A stretch of 64,000 nt of DNA. Origin: the human T2T-CHM13v2.0 reference genome, Homo sapiens. The notes under the pieces were generated by a model, which made no database searches, was not told where the DNA came from, and saw only the letters and a program-made list of their open reading frames with translations. Shown here in pieces: positions 1-13,789 of the stretch. Position 1 is the stretch's first letter. The number at the start of each line of letters is the position of its first letter. The stretch is from assembly GCF_009914755.1 (NCBI RefSeq), contig NC_060928.1; one strand, written 5' to 3'. The position numbers and the translations under genes are program-made.

Positions 1-759
1 TACTTGAAAATCTTATTTCCATGACAACAGAAACAGAGCATTAAAGGGCCAGCACACTTCTGCAATGTGTTGTTGTTGAAACATTCAGTCAAATAAAACA
101 TTTTCAATAAAAGGAATAACCTTTCATATCCATGCTAAATTATAACTACATATTAACATAGGAAAAAATGTTAGCCTGTTTTATAACATAACATTTTTAT
201 AAATGGAGGGATTATAAGGCTGATTTTTAAAATTATCATGAAGAGATTTAACATCTTTTCTACTGATTCTGAAAAACGGAGAAGTAAAATATAAGATATG
301 ATCTGACATTGCTTACAGAAAATGAGTTTTCTAGTTTCCATAGCTGTCATTCCATTTATTGTTTTAGAAACATCCAGTTCATCATATTATTTTAAGATAA
401 TATAGGGTGCTCCTTCATGAATATACATGTAGCCAAAATAATTTTTTCATTTAAAAGAATCACTATTATTTAATGATGTGAGATAGATTTACATTCATAA
501 TTCTGGGTATTAAAATTTAGTTCTTTTTGGTGTTGCATAGATAAAACATTTAAAAATATTTTGAAAAAGATAGCTTTTTTAATTTCCCTATGGTAACAGC
601 AATTTTTTTGTACAGAATTCCTTTTTCCTATTATGTTTTTAAGGCTTCCTAAATTTAAATGATTCTCCAAAAGCAAATTTAGCATTAACGTATGTAAAAT
701 AATTTTGACTCTGCTATTTTAAACAATATATATATTACAGATTTTAAAGGTGTTACTAT

Positions 760-878
760 GTAAATGACTTTGGCCCTCATAACAATCCTGTGTAGTGAGG
801 AAAGGGCAGATACTGTTATCAGTTTTTTTTAACAAGTGAGGTATTTGATGCTCACACACATTACATGGTAAGTGGCCA
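760..878 (-). mobile_element. MIR SINE fragment
   Basis: cctcataacaatcctgtg...tactgttatc...aacaagtgagg resembles the reverse complement of the MIR core; degenerate, boundaries approximate. Confidence 0.5.
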
Positions 879-893
879 TAGGAAAAATAAACA

Positions 894-1160
894 GGCTGGC
901 CATGTTGGTTCACACTTGTGATCCCAACACTGAGGCGGGAGACGTGCTTGAGTCCAGGAGTTTGAGACCAGCCTGGGCAACATAGGGATATCTTGTCTCT
1001 ACAAAAAATAAAAATTAGCTGAACATGGTGACACACACCTCCAGCCACCCTGAAGGCTGAGCCTAGGAGTTCAATGCTTCAGTGAGCCTTGACCTTCATG
1101 CTACTGTGCTCCAGCGTGAGTGATTGAGTGAGATCCTGTGTCTAAAAAAATTTAAAAAAC
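894..1160 (+). mobile_element. AluJ-like SINE with internal deletions
   Basis: ggctggccatgttggttcacacttgtgatccc...gagaccagcctgggcaacatag...A tail; aataaaca present on both flanks. Confidence 0.9.
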
Positions 1161-2023
1161 AGAGAGAATAAACATAGTTCTTTACATTTCCATGGCCATC
1201 TTTTTTCTGCTCTATGATGCTATATACCACAGTTAATTTAGAAGATTAAATATTGACCTTATAGGTCAATTTAGTTATACTTTAATATGAATTGAATTAA
1301 TGGCTCTATGGAGAAAAGAAAAAAGAAAGCATTATTAATCCCAATCCTTGCTTACCTAATTATAAAAATGATAATGCCTTATTAATAATTGATGCATAAT
1401 TTTTCTTTAATTTTATATATGTAAAATATATAAATTACATATATATTTTCTGTATAAACACATTACATATTTTATATGTATATATATGTATGTAGGTAGT
1501 TAGGTAGATATATCAAACTTCAAGCAGGAAATCTTTCAGGGATATACCCAATCTCTGAATTTCTAAACTAAAGAGGTCTATTGATCTATACCCATGAGCA
1601 CAAGGAAAATATTTGCTTGCCAAAAAGAAGAAGCAGGATTTCCTAGATGAAGAGCATGTAAGAAAATACAGAATATAAACACTAATTTCACCTAAAATAG
1701 GGAGGAATTTACAAAAAATATCATTAACTTTGGTTTCTCCAATATAAATGTCTTTCCTTTTACATTCATTTTTTTCTTGACAGGAACATGCTTAAGCTAA
1801 ATGTAAATCTACTGAACAGAGGCCCCTGCCTTCAGAGCACAAAACAATGAGGAGGCAAGTTCACTGCATCTGACCATCTCATTTGTAATCCTAGTTCCAT
1901 GACTGAAATGCCGAGTGACCCTCATGAACTTATTTAAACCTACTGGGTTTCTGTTTCAACACATTTATTCAGGTCTTTGGCAGATATGTGAGCCATAAAT
2001 CCTACTCTGAAGGAGTTTGGGAC

Positions 2024-2196
2024 CCAGGCGAGCTTCATAGGCAGGCAACCTGTGGAGCTGAACTAGGTGCTATGCTTAGAAGAAACCACCACTTGGTTTG
2101 ATGTTCTGCTGTCATCGTCTTGAAAATCTTAATTTTTGTACAAGGGTCCCACATTTTCATTTTATACTGAGGCCAAAATTATGTAGCCACTTCTTG
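2024..2196 (+). mobile_element. MER45A-like non-autonomous hAT DNA transposon
   Basis: ggtttgatgttctgctgtcatcgtcttgaaa...cacattttcattttatactgaggccaaaattatgtagcc matches recalled MER45A. Confidence 0.75.
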
Positions 2197-2254
2197 AGAT
2201 AATCGCTTAGAAGCAATTTCCCTTGTAAAATAAGGTGACTGGATACAGTCATGA

Positions 2255-2678
2255 CTAATGACGACTCCCTTCTTGATAAAAATTTAGACAGGCTTCTCTG
2301 GGCCCTCCCTTTGAGGATGCCTCATCCTTGTGCTCCGTTCTCAATCTGGTTAGCCTAGTTTTAGCAGGCATCCTGATAAATCAGTCCGGAGAGAATCCAC
2401 CCCACCTTTGCTATCTGCAAGTTCCTCATCCCCCACCTTTGATACATAAGTCCTTAGCTACAATTAGCAGCTACCCTTAATGTCTCTTCTTGGTAATTTC
2501 TCATCCACTGACCACATCACTCTGCTCCTTGGCTGTAAATCCCAAGTTCTCTTTGTTGTATCCAGAGTTGAGCCTAATCTCTCTTCACTATGGCAATAGT
2601 CTTGATCCTCATTGCAAAAGCTTTTAATAAAACCTTCAATGCCATTTTAACAAATGTCAAAATAATTTGTCTTTAACA
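2255..2678 (+). mobile_element. MER31-like ERV1 solo LTR
   Basis: tttagacaggcttctctgggccc...cctagttttagcagg...gagagaatccacccc; AATAAA near the end and terminal tctttaaca. Confidence 0.75.
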
Positions 2679-5600
2679 TGAGAAATATAAAATTGTGAGT
2701 TTATGTTCCTTTTTCTGAACAAAACCCTCACCTCAAACACAGATGTCATGAGATCTCCAATGTTAGTTGAGAAGACAAGGCAGTCTTTCCAATTCCTTCT
2801 GCCACAAGACTGAATTATCTCAAACCTGCTTTACTCTCTGTCAACAATACATTTATTCCAACGGTGACATGGTTCCTTGTCACTGTATGAAACCAAGGAT
2901 ATGAAATATCCTCCTAGGTCTTCTTTTGATTTTGGTCTTCTGTTGATTTGTTCATTTTAGGTTTCAATAATAGAACAGTGTTGTTCTCTCTATGCAGATT
3001 ATAGATGCCTATTCTCACACATAAAACTATTGCATGTTTGCTTTTCTTTCATTCTTTAAAATCCAATATTATTAGAGCTCAGGAAGACCTTAGTGATCAT
3101 TGTCCAACTTTCTGACTCTACAAATGATGAAAAGAAGGTTAAAGAAGTCTTGTAGCTTAAACAAAAACCAAGTTTTCTAAAATTAATTAAGAATTCCTCC
3201 AATGCCTCTTAGCTTTCTTTTAAATAATTATGTCAGATTTCCTTATCACTGTCAAGATTTTAAAAGTATCTCTTGGGTTCCAGGTATTGAATTTATTTTC
3301 TTTAAAACTCTGTTTAGACAATTGCTACTTCCTAAGAAGAGGGATGAAGAGGGGCGTAGGTGATAAATATGTTAAGCACTTTTTTCAGCTATAATGGCTA
3401 GAGAAAGGAGCTGTATTATATTTTGCATAATATTTGCATTTGTTTTTGACCTATACCAGCTTAATTCAGCTCTCTTCTTTTTCTAAAGTCAGCTAACACC
3501 TTTAATAATTCCATTTTCTTGACTTACTGCTTTAAAATTGACTACAAAAAAAGAGAAACATATTTTTATTTTGTGATAGTAGTCAATTAAAAATATTTTA
3601 TTAGTTAATTACAAAAACTGTGTGTTTTCCTAAAATTTTCTTTCCTAGTGGTGGATCTATGTAAATGAGATATAGGATTTTGTTTCCAACAGCTTCTCAG
3701 CATAGAGTTTATAATTACGATAAATACACACAAGTTGCCATAGTAGACAATGGTGTGACCCACGTTATTAACTTGGAATGTAAATTTTTTACTTACAGGG
3801 ATAACATGAGGTTCCTAGCATTGATTTCGACGTTTCCCTAACAGACATGGAACCCACCATTATATTATTTCACATTCTTGAGTAAAGGATACATTGGATT
3901 ACTAACTTCTCATTCTTCCTAAATGTTCACCTAACAATGTAGGCATCTATGCATATATAGAGTTACCGTTGTGCTTATGAGCTCATTTATCCCCTTACTG
4001 ATTATAACTACATTTAAATCTTCTTGAAACAAGGAACAGAACTAAATATGCAGGTTCCAGTTCAGATTTATCTTTCCCCTTTCCTCATCAAGAAAATTTC
4101 TCTTCTTGAAATTTCTGCAATAATTTGTAGCTTTCTATTTTCACAATTTCTACTTTTAGTAATCCTTATCTGGACCATTACAATCAGATACCAATTAATT
4201 TTCATAATTCAAGAGCTCTCCTTTTTAGTATTGTCAAGACAATCACCATAAGCAGGTATTTTTCAATCACATTATTCCCATGCTAAAAAACCTTGACTGT
4301 CTCTCCATTATTTGAATGATAGAATATATGAATCTGCCTCCGAGCTGCCTTCAAATGTAAGTTGTACTATACCTTTTGTCATACTTAAAAGTAGAGAAAA
4401 AAATGCTGTCCCCAAAGTACTGACCATGTGTTTTCACTCACTGCCATTTCCTCTATTTCACTTTTCCAAATATTAGTCACCCTCAAGTTCATAACACCCT
4501 GCACCCCCATAAGAATTGTTCTTTTCAAGCCCTAATGTGTCGTAACATCGTGTCTCTACTCTCAATTTTGCCCTTAGTTCATTATTCCAGTTTGCCTTAT
4601 ATTGAAAACAAGAGAAAGAAACTATTATTTCAATAATGCTCATTTTTTGTACATATAGGCTTATTTGATAATCTGATAAAAGCTTTACACCTTCTATTCT
4701 ATCACCCGACAAATGAATATTTGAAAACTTACCAAATTTTGTACACGTTTTTGCTGTTTTATGAGGCTCAACATGAAATCCTATTTTAAGATCCTAAAAC
4801 TTCAGTTTATAAACCTCTTGAATATTGAAAAGAAACTTCAAATATTGATTCTTCCCTGAAGGAGTTTATAGAGAGAAGTCCCCAGAGTCACTGGCTAATT
4901 TATCTTTGTAACCCGAAGCCAATATTCCCTTTGCCCAGGTTGTAAAGCCTTTAACGTGAGAGGCACTCTGGATTAATTAGATACCAAGTGAGTGATTATA
5001 ATTTCACTTTCAAAAGAATATTATATGGTGCAAATTTGGTTACATCTGTATAACTTTTAATATGTGGAAAAATATGATTTTTTCTTAGCAATTAAAGAAA
5101 TGTCTATACCGAAGAATAAGGTCTCCTACTCTATTTCACTGATTCTGCCAATTTTCATAAACGTGCAAAAGCTCTTATAATAGGATTTTACTCAAAATAT
5201 CAAGAAATTGAGATATAGAATGTAGCAATTATATTAAGTACTTTAATAAAAATATACAGATCTTGCTCCTGCTTATTCAGTCTTCGTTAACTGTGAGATG
5301 TGTATCTCATTGTGACTTAGTCACAATGAAATAATGAAGATGAGCTGTTTAATGCATTTGTCTTACATGGCCTCATTTTGAGGTCAAAAACAAATAAGAA
5401 TTTTGGAATATTTTTGTTGTCAACATGTGCTGTATAAGTAAGAGCCAAGAATCAATGAATCTCCCTTTTTAGCTCAAACAATACTAAAACATATAGAAAA
5501 AGAAGTAATGCAGAAAGTTACCAAGCCAAAAAAGTAACTCAGGCTGGAAGTAGAAAGCAGTTTGGTGTAATAAAGGAAAACACATAGAATATGCCATTCA

Positions 5601-5716
5601 ACACATCTTTGAAACTACCCACTGGATGGTCCTCCTTTCTTTCAGTCTAGAAACAAAGTTTCTACTTGTTCACATGCCCATTAAAGCAAATTCCTTTCCT
5701 TAAGATGCTCAGAGTA

Positions 5717-6424
5717 CAGTAATTTCACTTATATGCATTATTGCTTTCTGCTCTTTCTGTGACCCAGGGTCAACCGCAGTCCAAAAATATTAAATGGAAA
5801 ATTCCAGAAACACACAATTCATAAGTTTTAAATCGTGCTGTGTTCTGAGTAGTGTAATGAAATCTTGCACCTTCTTATTCCATTCTGCCTAGGACGTGCC
5901 TCCCCCTTTGATCAGCCTCTCCATGCTGTGGATGCTGCCCACCACTCAGTCACTTAGTAGCCTTCCTGGTTATCAGATCTATTGTCACAGTATCAGTGCT
6001 TGTGTTCAAGTCACCCTTATTTTACTTAATAATGGCCCAAAGCACAATAGTAGTGATGCTGGCAATTTGGATACGCCAAAGAGAAGCCATAAAATGCTTC
6101 CTTTAAGTGAAAAGATGGAAGTTCTTTATTTAATTAAAAAAAGACAAAAATTATAGTTGAGGTTAAGATCTATGATAAGGAGACATCTTCTATCCATGAA
6201 ATTGTGAAGAAGGAAAAAAATTTATGCTAGTTTTGCTTATCTCACTTCAAACTGCAAAAGTTACAGCTGTAGCACGTGATAAGTGCTTTAGGATGTAAAA
6301 GCCATTAAATTTGTGGATGGAAGATGTGAACAGAAACGTGCTCTGATCAACGTCAACCAGGTATGGCACTATCATCCACTGGAGGGTCTTGGAATGTATC
6401 CCCACGAATAAGCGGAAACTGCTA
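5717..6424 (+). mobile_element. MER44 (Tigger7-derived) DNA transposon
   Basis: TA-flanked degenerate TIRs (cagtaatttcacttat / ataagcggaaactgcta); internal ggtcaaccgcagtccaaaaatattaaatgg; ORF 5896-6156 ends in a transposase N-terminus-like peptide PKRSHKMLPLSEKMEVL. Confidence 0.85.
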
Positions 6425-6999
6425 TAGTTTCCTAACAAAGTACAATGTTCTGCAAAAGATATCAAATTCTTTCATTCTCTCCCAAGTTCATATCTTCATT
6501 TCTCTTTGCCTACCCTTAGCCCCTAGCTCTTTTCCATTGTTAATTGGCAAAAAGCTCAGAGTTCCCTTTCTTGACTAGTTGTCAAAACACCAAGGCTATA
6601 ATCTAGTGACTCTCCGCATTCTAGCGCTCAAGCTTTTTTCTTGAACATTTGCAATAATGTATAATTTTAAATGACAGCATATTTTGTAGCTGTCTTGTCT
6701 TCCTAGTTTTGACAATAGCAGCCCCTAATGAAAAGCCTTTTCCAACATAACTATCTTTCCATTTACCTCTGAAAGTCAACGAAATAAAACTATTTCATTC
6801 CTTCTGGGACTCATCAGATGACAGAGTTCTTAAATGGGAGGCCCTAGAGTTTCCTTTTTATTTTATACCTACATTTGAAAAATATCCAACTGTCTTACAG
6901 TGTTTAAAATCAATACATTACCGAAAATTCTGGAGGTAAAGAGCCAAACTTAGTTGTAATAGATGCCTTTAGTAATTTACCTGAAAACAGATTATAATT

Positions 7000-7215
7000 T
7001 AGAGACTAGAGTTACACATAATGAAGATCAAATTCTGGCTTTACCTTGCACTAACTGGTAATTTTGGAAAATTATAATTCCATTTTGGTTTCAATCCTGT
7101 ACACGTAAAATGAGAATATTAACAATTTGCCTACAACCGAGCAATGATGTTCTGAAATTTCAAGAGATAATGTATACATCATTCTTGACACATGTTTTTA
7201 GTACACAATAATAAA
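7000..7215 (+). mobile_element. MIR SINE
   Basis: degenerate core gtaaaatgagaatattaacaatttgcctac...gagataatgtat. Confidence 0.5.
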
Positions 7216-7659
7216 TACTGTTATTTTTAACTAACAAACATAAATGTCTAATAAATACTATTATTGATGCCATAAAGCAAATGAGCTATTACAATTTTTG
7301 GAATTTTTAAAAATCTCTGTGTGCAAATAAAAGGAAGAGTAAGAAAACATATATACAATTTAGATTCATATGAGGAAAAGTGATAAATTTTAATTTTAGA
7401 TTTTGTTGTTGACTGATTCTTTAACAAGGAAATGGTATTGAACTGCCTGAAATTTCATTGCTTGATATTTATTTCTGCATGTGAAATGTATTAATTTCAA
7501 AATATGTAATTCATTTTATAAATTTGTATAGATTTAAGAGTGTAAAAATGTTTCTTATCCAGACATATAAGGTATGTTTCCTATCCAAAGGTAAGTACAG
7601 TACTAATTAATCTGGTAGAGAAGTGTAATAAAGACATTGTACCAAATATTCAATTATTC

Positions 7660-8016
7660 AATATCCATGTACTTCCCAATTCTCCCAGCCCCCTTTTAGT
7701 TGGATGGGGCCTTGTGACTAATTCTGGCCAATGGATTAACAACAGAGTACATGTGTGTCACTTCTAAGCAAAAGCCTGGATGATAGGTATGAGAACATGG
7801 ATGCTCATCTACCTTTGGCGAATGCAGTATCGTAGAGGTTTAGCCAACGTAGCCAACGTAGAGGTTGACCCAGTGCCTTGAATAGCAATGGAGGATCATT
7901 TGATGATCCACACTGGACATGTAGCACCACCAAAAATAATCCATGGACATGTTAAGTCACAAAGATATGGGAGTTAATTTGTTACTGCAGCATAATCTAG
8001 ACTGCCCAGATTAACA
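7660..8016 (+). mobile_element. MLT1-family (MaLR) solo LTR
   Basis: gtgactaattctggccaatgga...tgtgtgtcacttc and 3' end tttgttactgcagcataatctag...taaca. Confidence 0.75.
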
Positions 8017-8229
8017 TGGAAACGGTTTCATTGACAAAAAGATGAAAACAGTTGTACTATACTAATAATCATTTCTTCATAATTGCCTTTATTTTTAATA
8101 TTTGCCAATCTTATAACTTTTATTTGATAAATATATATTGGAACTTATTGTGTTGAAGCTGCTTCTTCCCCAAAGTAAGTCATTGTCTGATATGAAAGAG
8201 AAGACAGAAATATTTATAGTAAAACATAG

Positions 8230-9060
8230 AGTGTTAAATTAATTCTGAGGAAAGGAATATTGGTCCTACTAGATTTCTGGGAAGAGATATTATCTCATTT
8301 GAGTCTGGAAGAATTGGATGTATTAGACATGTGAGGATGAGCAAGATATGGTAATGAAATAATGGGGAGTATTCTGGGAGAGAGACTAGCATGAGCAAAC
8401 TCATAAATAGAGAATAGTGACTTGTTGAGTATGGACGGAGTAAAGGCTGTAACTAAACAACACAGAGTTGACATCCACCCTCATGTGCTTCTATAAAAAA
8501 TAAGAGTACCTTCAAGAAAGTTATTAAAGGAAAGATGTGAAGAGACATGGAAGCTTTACTCAGCACGAAAGAAGACAACCTTCTTTCATTCTTTCCAAAT
8601 TCCTGAGAGATATCAGGAGAAAAACATGATTCTAAACTCTACTTTAGAACCCTAAGCTATAAAGAGAGGGAACAGAGACATGCCTATTAGAAGTTTATTA
8701 CAATCACCACCGTGGGATTTAATAAGAAAAGAAATTAGTGTGACAAGGGAGTAACAATGGAAATGCAAGACAGAGGAAAAAATGGAACATTTTGTGAGTG
8801 CAGACACAAGAAGTTTAGGAAAACAAAATCGTGGATGTGAGGGCAACGGGAAGAGAGGAGATAGAAACCAGGATGATTAAAGGATGACGTCAGGAAAAAC
8901 AAAAATAAGACCACAAACAGGGGTGGGGTGAGGCAATTTGATTTTGGACTTGTTGGCTTTGATATACTAATACACCATGTGGGAAGAAGATAAAAGTAGG
9001 TTTGGAATTCAGGAAAGAGTCTGGGTGACACATGCCTGACAGCAAAAATAGTCTGAACTA
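8230..9060 (-). mobile_element. L2 LINE fragments
   Basis: purine-rich L2 antisense-like motifs (gtattctgggagagagactagcatgagcaaa; gattttggacttgttggctttga; tttggaattcaggaaagagtctggg); highly degenerate. Confidence 0.5.
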
Positions 9061-9129
9061 TTTCACCATAAATAATCTCAGGTGGAATTTTCTTAGACCC
9101 CAATATCTGTTTATCTGATGCATTGCAAG

Positions 9130-9372
9130 AAATATATATATTTGTAAAATAAATAAGTATGTAAATATATATGAAACATATATGTAGGAAGGGCACCTAC
9201 AGAATGGGGATACTCATTTTACATATATATTGCATATATAAAATTGTATGTATTTACATTTTTCGTATGTATTATATAAATACAATATTATATATGTTTA
9301 TATATAATTTCACATATGATACTATATATTTATTTGTAACATAAAATATGTATATCTATATTATATATGTTA
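9130..9372. repeat. degenerate (TA)n-rich low-complexity tract
   Basis: repeated atatat/tatgta runs seen directly. Confidence 0.7.
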
Positions 9373-9517
9373 AAAACTGATTTCCCTATCATGCATGTGT
9401 TCTTCCTACTTTCAACAATTTTTCTTACTAGAAATATTCTTCCTAGGATACAGCATATCACTGCAGCCCATTCTCTCCTTTTGCCTGACACTTTGTTTTC
9501 TGAAGACTGTAGCCTCC

Positions 9518-10008
<491 letters not shown>

Positions 10009-12869
10009 TTACATTGAAGAGGGAAGAGTACCTAGTTCTCTAGTGTAAAATGGGGATCTTGGAAACAGCAACTTTGGAGTAAGGAGGAGAAAGCCTGTCA
10101 ATCTATTTCCCTTCAGACCCACACAGTTTGCTGCACCAACAGGTGGCACAATATGCAAATCAGTTGTGATTGGCAAGTCCAGTTCACGCATTATGAAAAT
10201 ATAATTTGCATTCCGTGTTTTGTTTGGTTTGCAGTTCAATAATGAATTTAAATAATTTTCTATTCTGTATTGCACTATTATCATCCTCCATTATCACTTA
10301 GTTTCCAGTAAAACCTGTTTTATGCAACAGACACATGTCGGTGGTGCCTTAAGAAACAAAAAAAGAGGACAGTGGCCACACACTGGGTGAAGCAATATGG
10401 AAAGAAGATGTTAGCCCCAGGAAGTGACTGGATATTAAAAGATCAGTCAGAGCAGGAATTCAGAGTCAGAGACAAACACAAGAAAATAAGCTCCCAGGGG
10501 AGGGTATTGAACTCCCCATAATACTTGGAATTGGGGCTTTGGCCATCTTACTAGCTGTGAAATAAAAGGATGAGACCAGAAAGTGAAATCTTTTCATTTT
10601 TAGAGTTTGGCATTATTCCTAGGATGTAACAGATACTCCATCAGTTTGGAATGAATAAATAAATAGGTGGAAATGTGTGAGAACCTGGGGGAGAAAATAT
10701 TGAGAGTAAAGAGAATAAGAAAAAAAAAGGAAATTTTGGAAGGCTTACATTTTTAAAAAGGAGTAATGAGAAAATGAACTGATAAGAACCAATGGATACT
10801 TACGGAGATAAATGAATCGCCAGAGACCAAATAAAGATTGGCTTTAAAAATTTAAGTCTTCTTTCAGAGCAAAGACCTATCTTCATTCTTGTTTCATTCT
10901 TCATTCTACTGAAAATTCTAATACATTTCCACTTTATTGGAGAGGGCAAAGAAAAAGTGAACTAGCCCTTTATTGTGTCATGTTTGATCTGCATTCCAAG
11001 CCTTTTCAGTCTGGAGGCTCTTAGAGCTTATATTAGTAATAAGTATTTACACTCCCAAATTTGAAAATGTATTTGGCCTTATTTTTAAAAACAAAAGGAA
11101 TGGGGTTTGGAAAATAATTTCAGAGTACCAATAGATAGCACTTAATTTCCCTCCTTTGTTTAATACTCTGCTGCCTTTAAAATATAAAGAGGAAAGTCCT
11201 TTTCCATCTGCTGTCAGGGAAACAGGAAGGAAAAAAATCTTGAAACTTCAATGAAAATGTCAAAATGCTAATAAAATAAAACATTTCACACATCCTTACA
11301 GCAATATGTAAATCAGAAAAGATATATCACCTTGTTCAAAGCAACGAATAGATTATGTAATGTCCAGCAAAATGTCTCAATCGATGCGCAATAAATATAT
11401 TTTTTTCATTAACATTGTACCCCAAATGGGTCATCCAGTTATTGCCAATATCATGCTTCTTCTTAGATCTAACGTCCTCTCCTTTAGGGAACTTGAATCC
11501 CACAAAAACCTGATTATACAGGACTACAGAACACTATTGAATGTTACAACTGATTGCCTCATTTTTTCTCCTATTATTTATAATTTAAAGAAAAAATTTC
11601 AAACCATTTTGGTTCAAAGAGATTAAAATACTTTATGAATAATTTGCTGCTTCTATCCTTAATAACTAATACATATTTAGAGTGATTATTTCAATTCAAC
11701 TCAAAAATACTATTGAAATAAGGCTTTTTTGGCATGATATCAAAAAAGATTATTTAATAAAATACTCTAGAGCTAAGTTTACAGGAAAGTACTAACAAAA
11801 GAAGCTTTAGGTTTTCTTTTATTCCTTTTTACCTTAACTAAAATCTTGGCTAAAATCTTGAGTTGAAGCTTATCACAATATTAAGGAAGTATTAAATAAT
11901 AGTGCAACACAAATCAGACAATAATTGGGAATTCAAACAAGTTCTTTTTTTTTTTTTTTTTTAGCTTTGCAAAGCCACAGAAACAATGAGATCAAGAAGT
12001 AAGAAAATCAGGAAATCTTCATTACTCTTTACAAAGAATTAATAAGATTACCAGTGGAGTCGTTCTATGCTTTTATGTAAGGGGTTATGTTCCAAGGAAT
12101 TCAAAACAAAAAAGGAAAGGAAAATACCCAACAAATAAGAGTTGTGGCAACTTGAGAACTCACATGACTCTGAGGTTTTATTTCTAAGTAGTACTTTTGT
12201 GTGAAGATATTATGATATTAATATCACTCAGTTACCAAAAATAAAAACTTTAAGCCTTCTTAGCAAGTTCAAACAATTGTTGTAAGCCTAAACACTCTTA
12301 ACTATTTCACTATCAAAGAGTATTTATACAATATGTTTTATAATTGTTCCACATTAATTTGAACTATAGATACCCACTTTACCTTGAAACTAAATGCAGG
12401 CTGCCAGTTGACTTAAATATCTCACAAGGTTAAAACAAAGGGACTCCTATAAAAGGAGAAATAGGAAAAAGCACAAGGAAAGCACATTTCTGACTTGGGC
12501 AGGTAAACTGAAATTTTTGAAAGTTCTGAGGATATAGTTTTGATTTTAGCAGAGGCACTTTGGAAATAAATATGTGTCAGCACAAGATAGCAGAAGATAA
12601 GTGTATCTAGAATAAAGATACTGACACCATCAATTTCTTAGGAAAAGAATAAAAGGCAAACAAATAAGAAGAAACAGTAAGAAAGTAAGGATATGAGGAC
12701 AGAGTAGAGGTGTTTCATCCAGAAATTACATGAAGGCTCGAACTAAAAGAGGAATAAAGTCAGAGTCTGTTTCATCAAGAACTCTTTTTATCTGATAGCA
12801 ATGAAAGCTTAGAAAGGTGAAAATCCTAGGACTCAAGAGAAAAAAATAATCTAATGAATGACTGGTGGA

Positions 12870-13760
12870 TGGACTATTACTTCAGGCCAAGATTGAATAA
12901 CTAGGACTGGATTTACCTTTATACCTGAAACAACAAAAGATTGAACAAAATGTATGAAACAATTGTTTCCAAGACAAAGGGCAGTATGTAATAAAATACA
13001 AAGATCTCTGAAAGAGGGAATACAAATGAAATGAGCCCTATAATTGCCTTGTTACTGCCCTGAAGGAATTTCCAGGCAGTGGTGCAAAAAAGAAAAACCC
13101 AGGCAGAGTGCTGAACTCCGTGAGTTGAAAGATTGAACGGAGAATACGGAGAGACCTAGACAGCAGCAGTTAAAAGAACAGAGTAGCCGAGGGAATAGAG
13201 CTGCACAAAGAGAGAAGTGTGGAGATCCACAGAGGGTTTGCCTTCAGTATTTAGCAGAGCACTGATTCACAAATGCACATAAAGAAACCTCAAGAAAGAA
13301 CCACCTGAAAGGATTAAAAGGAATAGCACCAGTTGCTCACACAGAGCTAGAAATAGTAGTGTTTGTTTCTACCAGTAAGGGTAGAACATCTCATAATTCT
13401 CAAGTCACAGGGTAGACATTGAGAAGAGTTTTGCCTCAGTAGTTAAAATAATTTGACAAAACACTGCTCTGGTCCCAACCAACAAACTTAAAAGGAATCT
13501 TTGAAAAGATTACATTATATCCAAGTAATTAACTGCATCCTGGAACATAGTTCCACAGTATTTTTTCTAAAAAAGAAAAATTTCAAAATTTCTAGCAGGC
13601 AATCAAAAATTACTATGCATACAATGAAGTAGGAAAATATACTCTCAAAAAGAAAGAAAATAATCTCTCCAAACAGAACCAGATCTCAACTAAATATGAT
13701 AGTTAGCAGGCAATAATATTAAAACAGTTATTACAACTATAGTCCAAATGTTCAAAAGTT
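12870..13760 (+). mobile_element. 5' end of an ancient L1M/L1ME element
   Basis: acttcaggccaagattgaataactaggactggatttacc resembles the recalled old-L1 5' terminus; A-rich strand bias follows. Confidence 0.6.
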
Positions 13761-13789
13761 CAGTTTGCATTTGCAAAACTTATAAAACT

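Noticed and set aside
7545-7600. Possible 28-nt micro-exon ending AAG|GTAAGT
   Set aside because: Weak acceptor; better explained by a local duplication of tgtttc(t/c)tatcca
8568-8590. Hairpin gaaagaag-acaac-cttctttc resembling a terminator
   Set aside because: An 8-bp stem is expected by chance in 64 kb, and intrinsic terminators are not relevant in primate DNA
8735-9196. 153-aa minus-strand ORF
   Set aside because: Spans L2 and TA low-complexity sequence; biased composition, no recognisable domain
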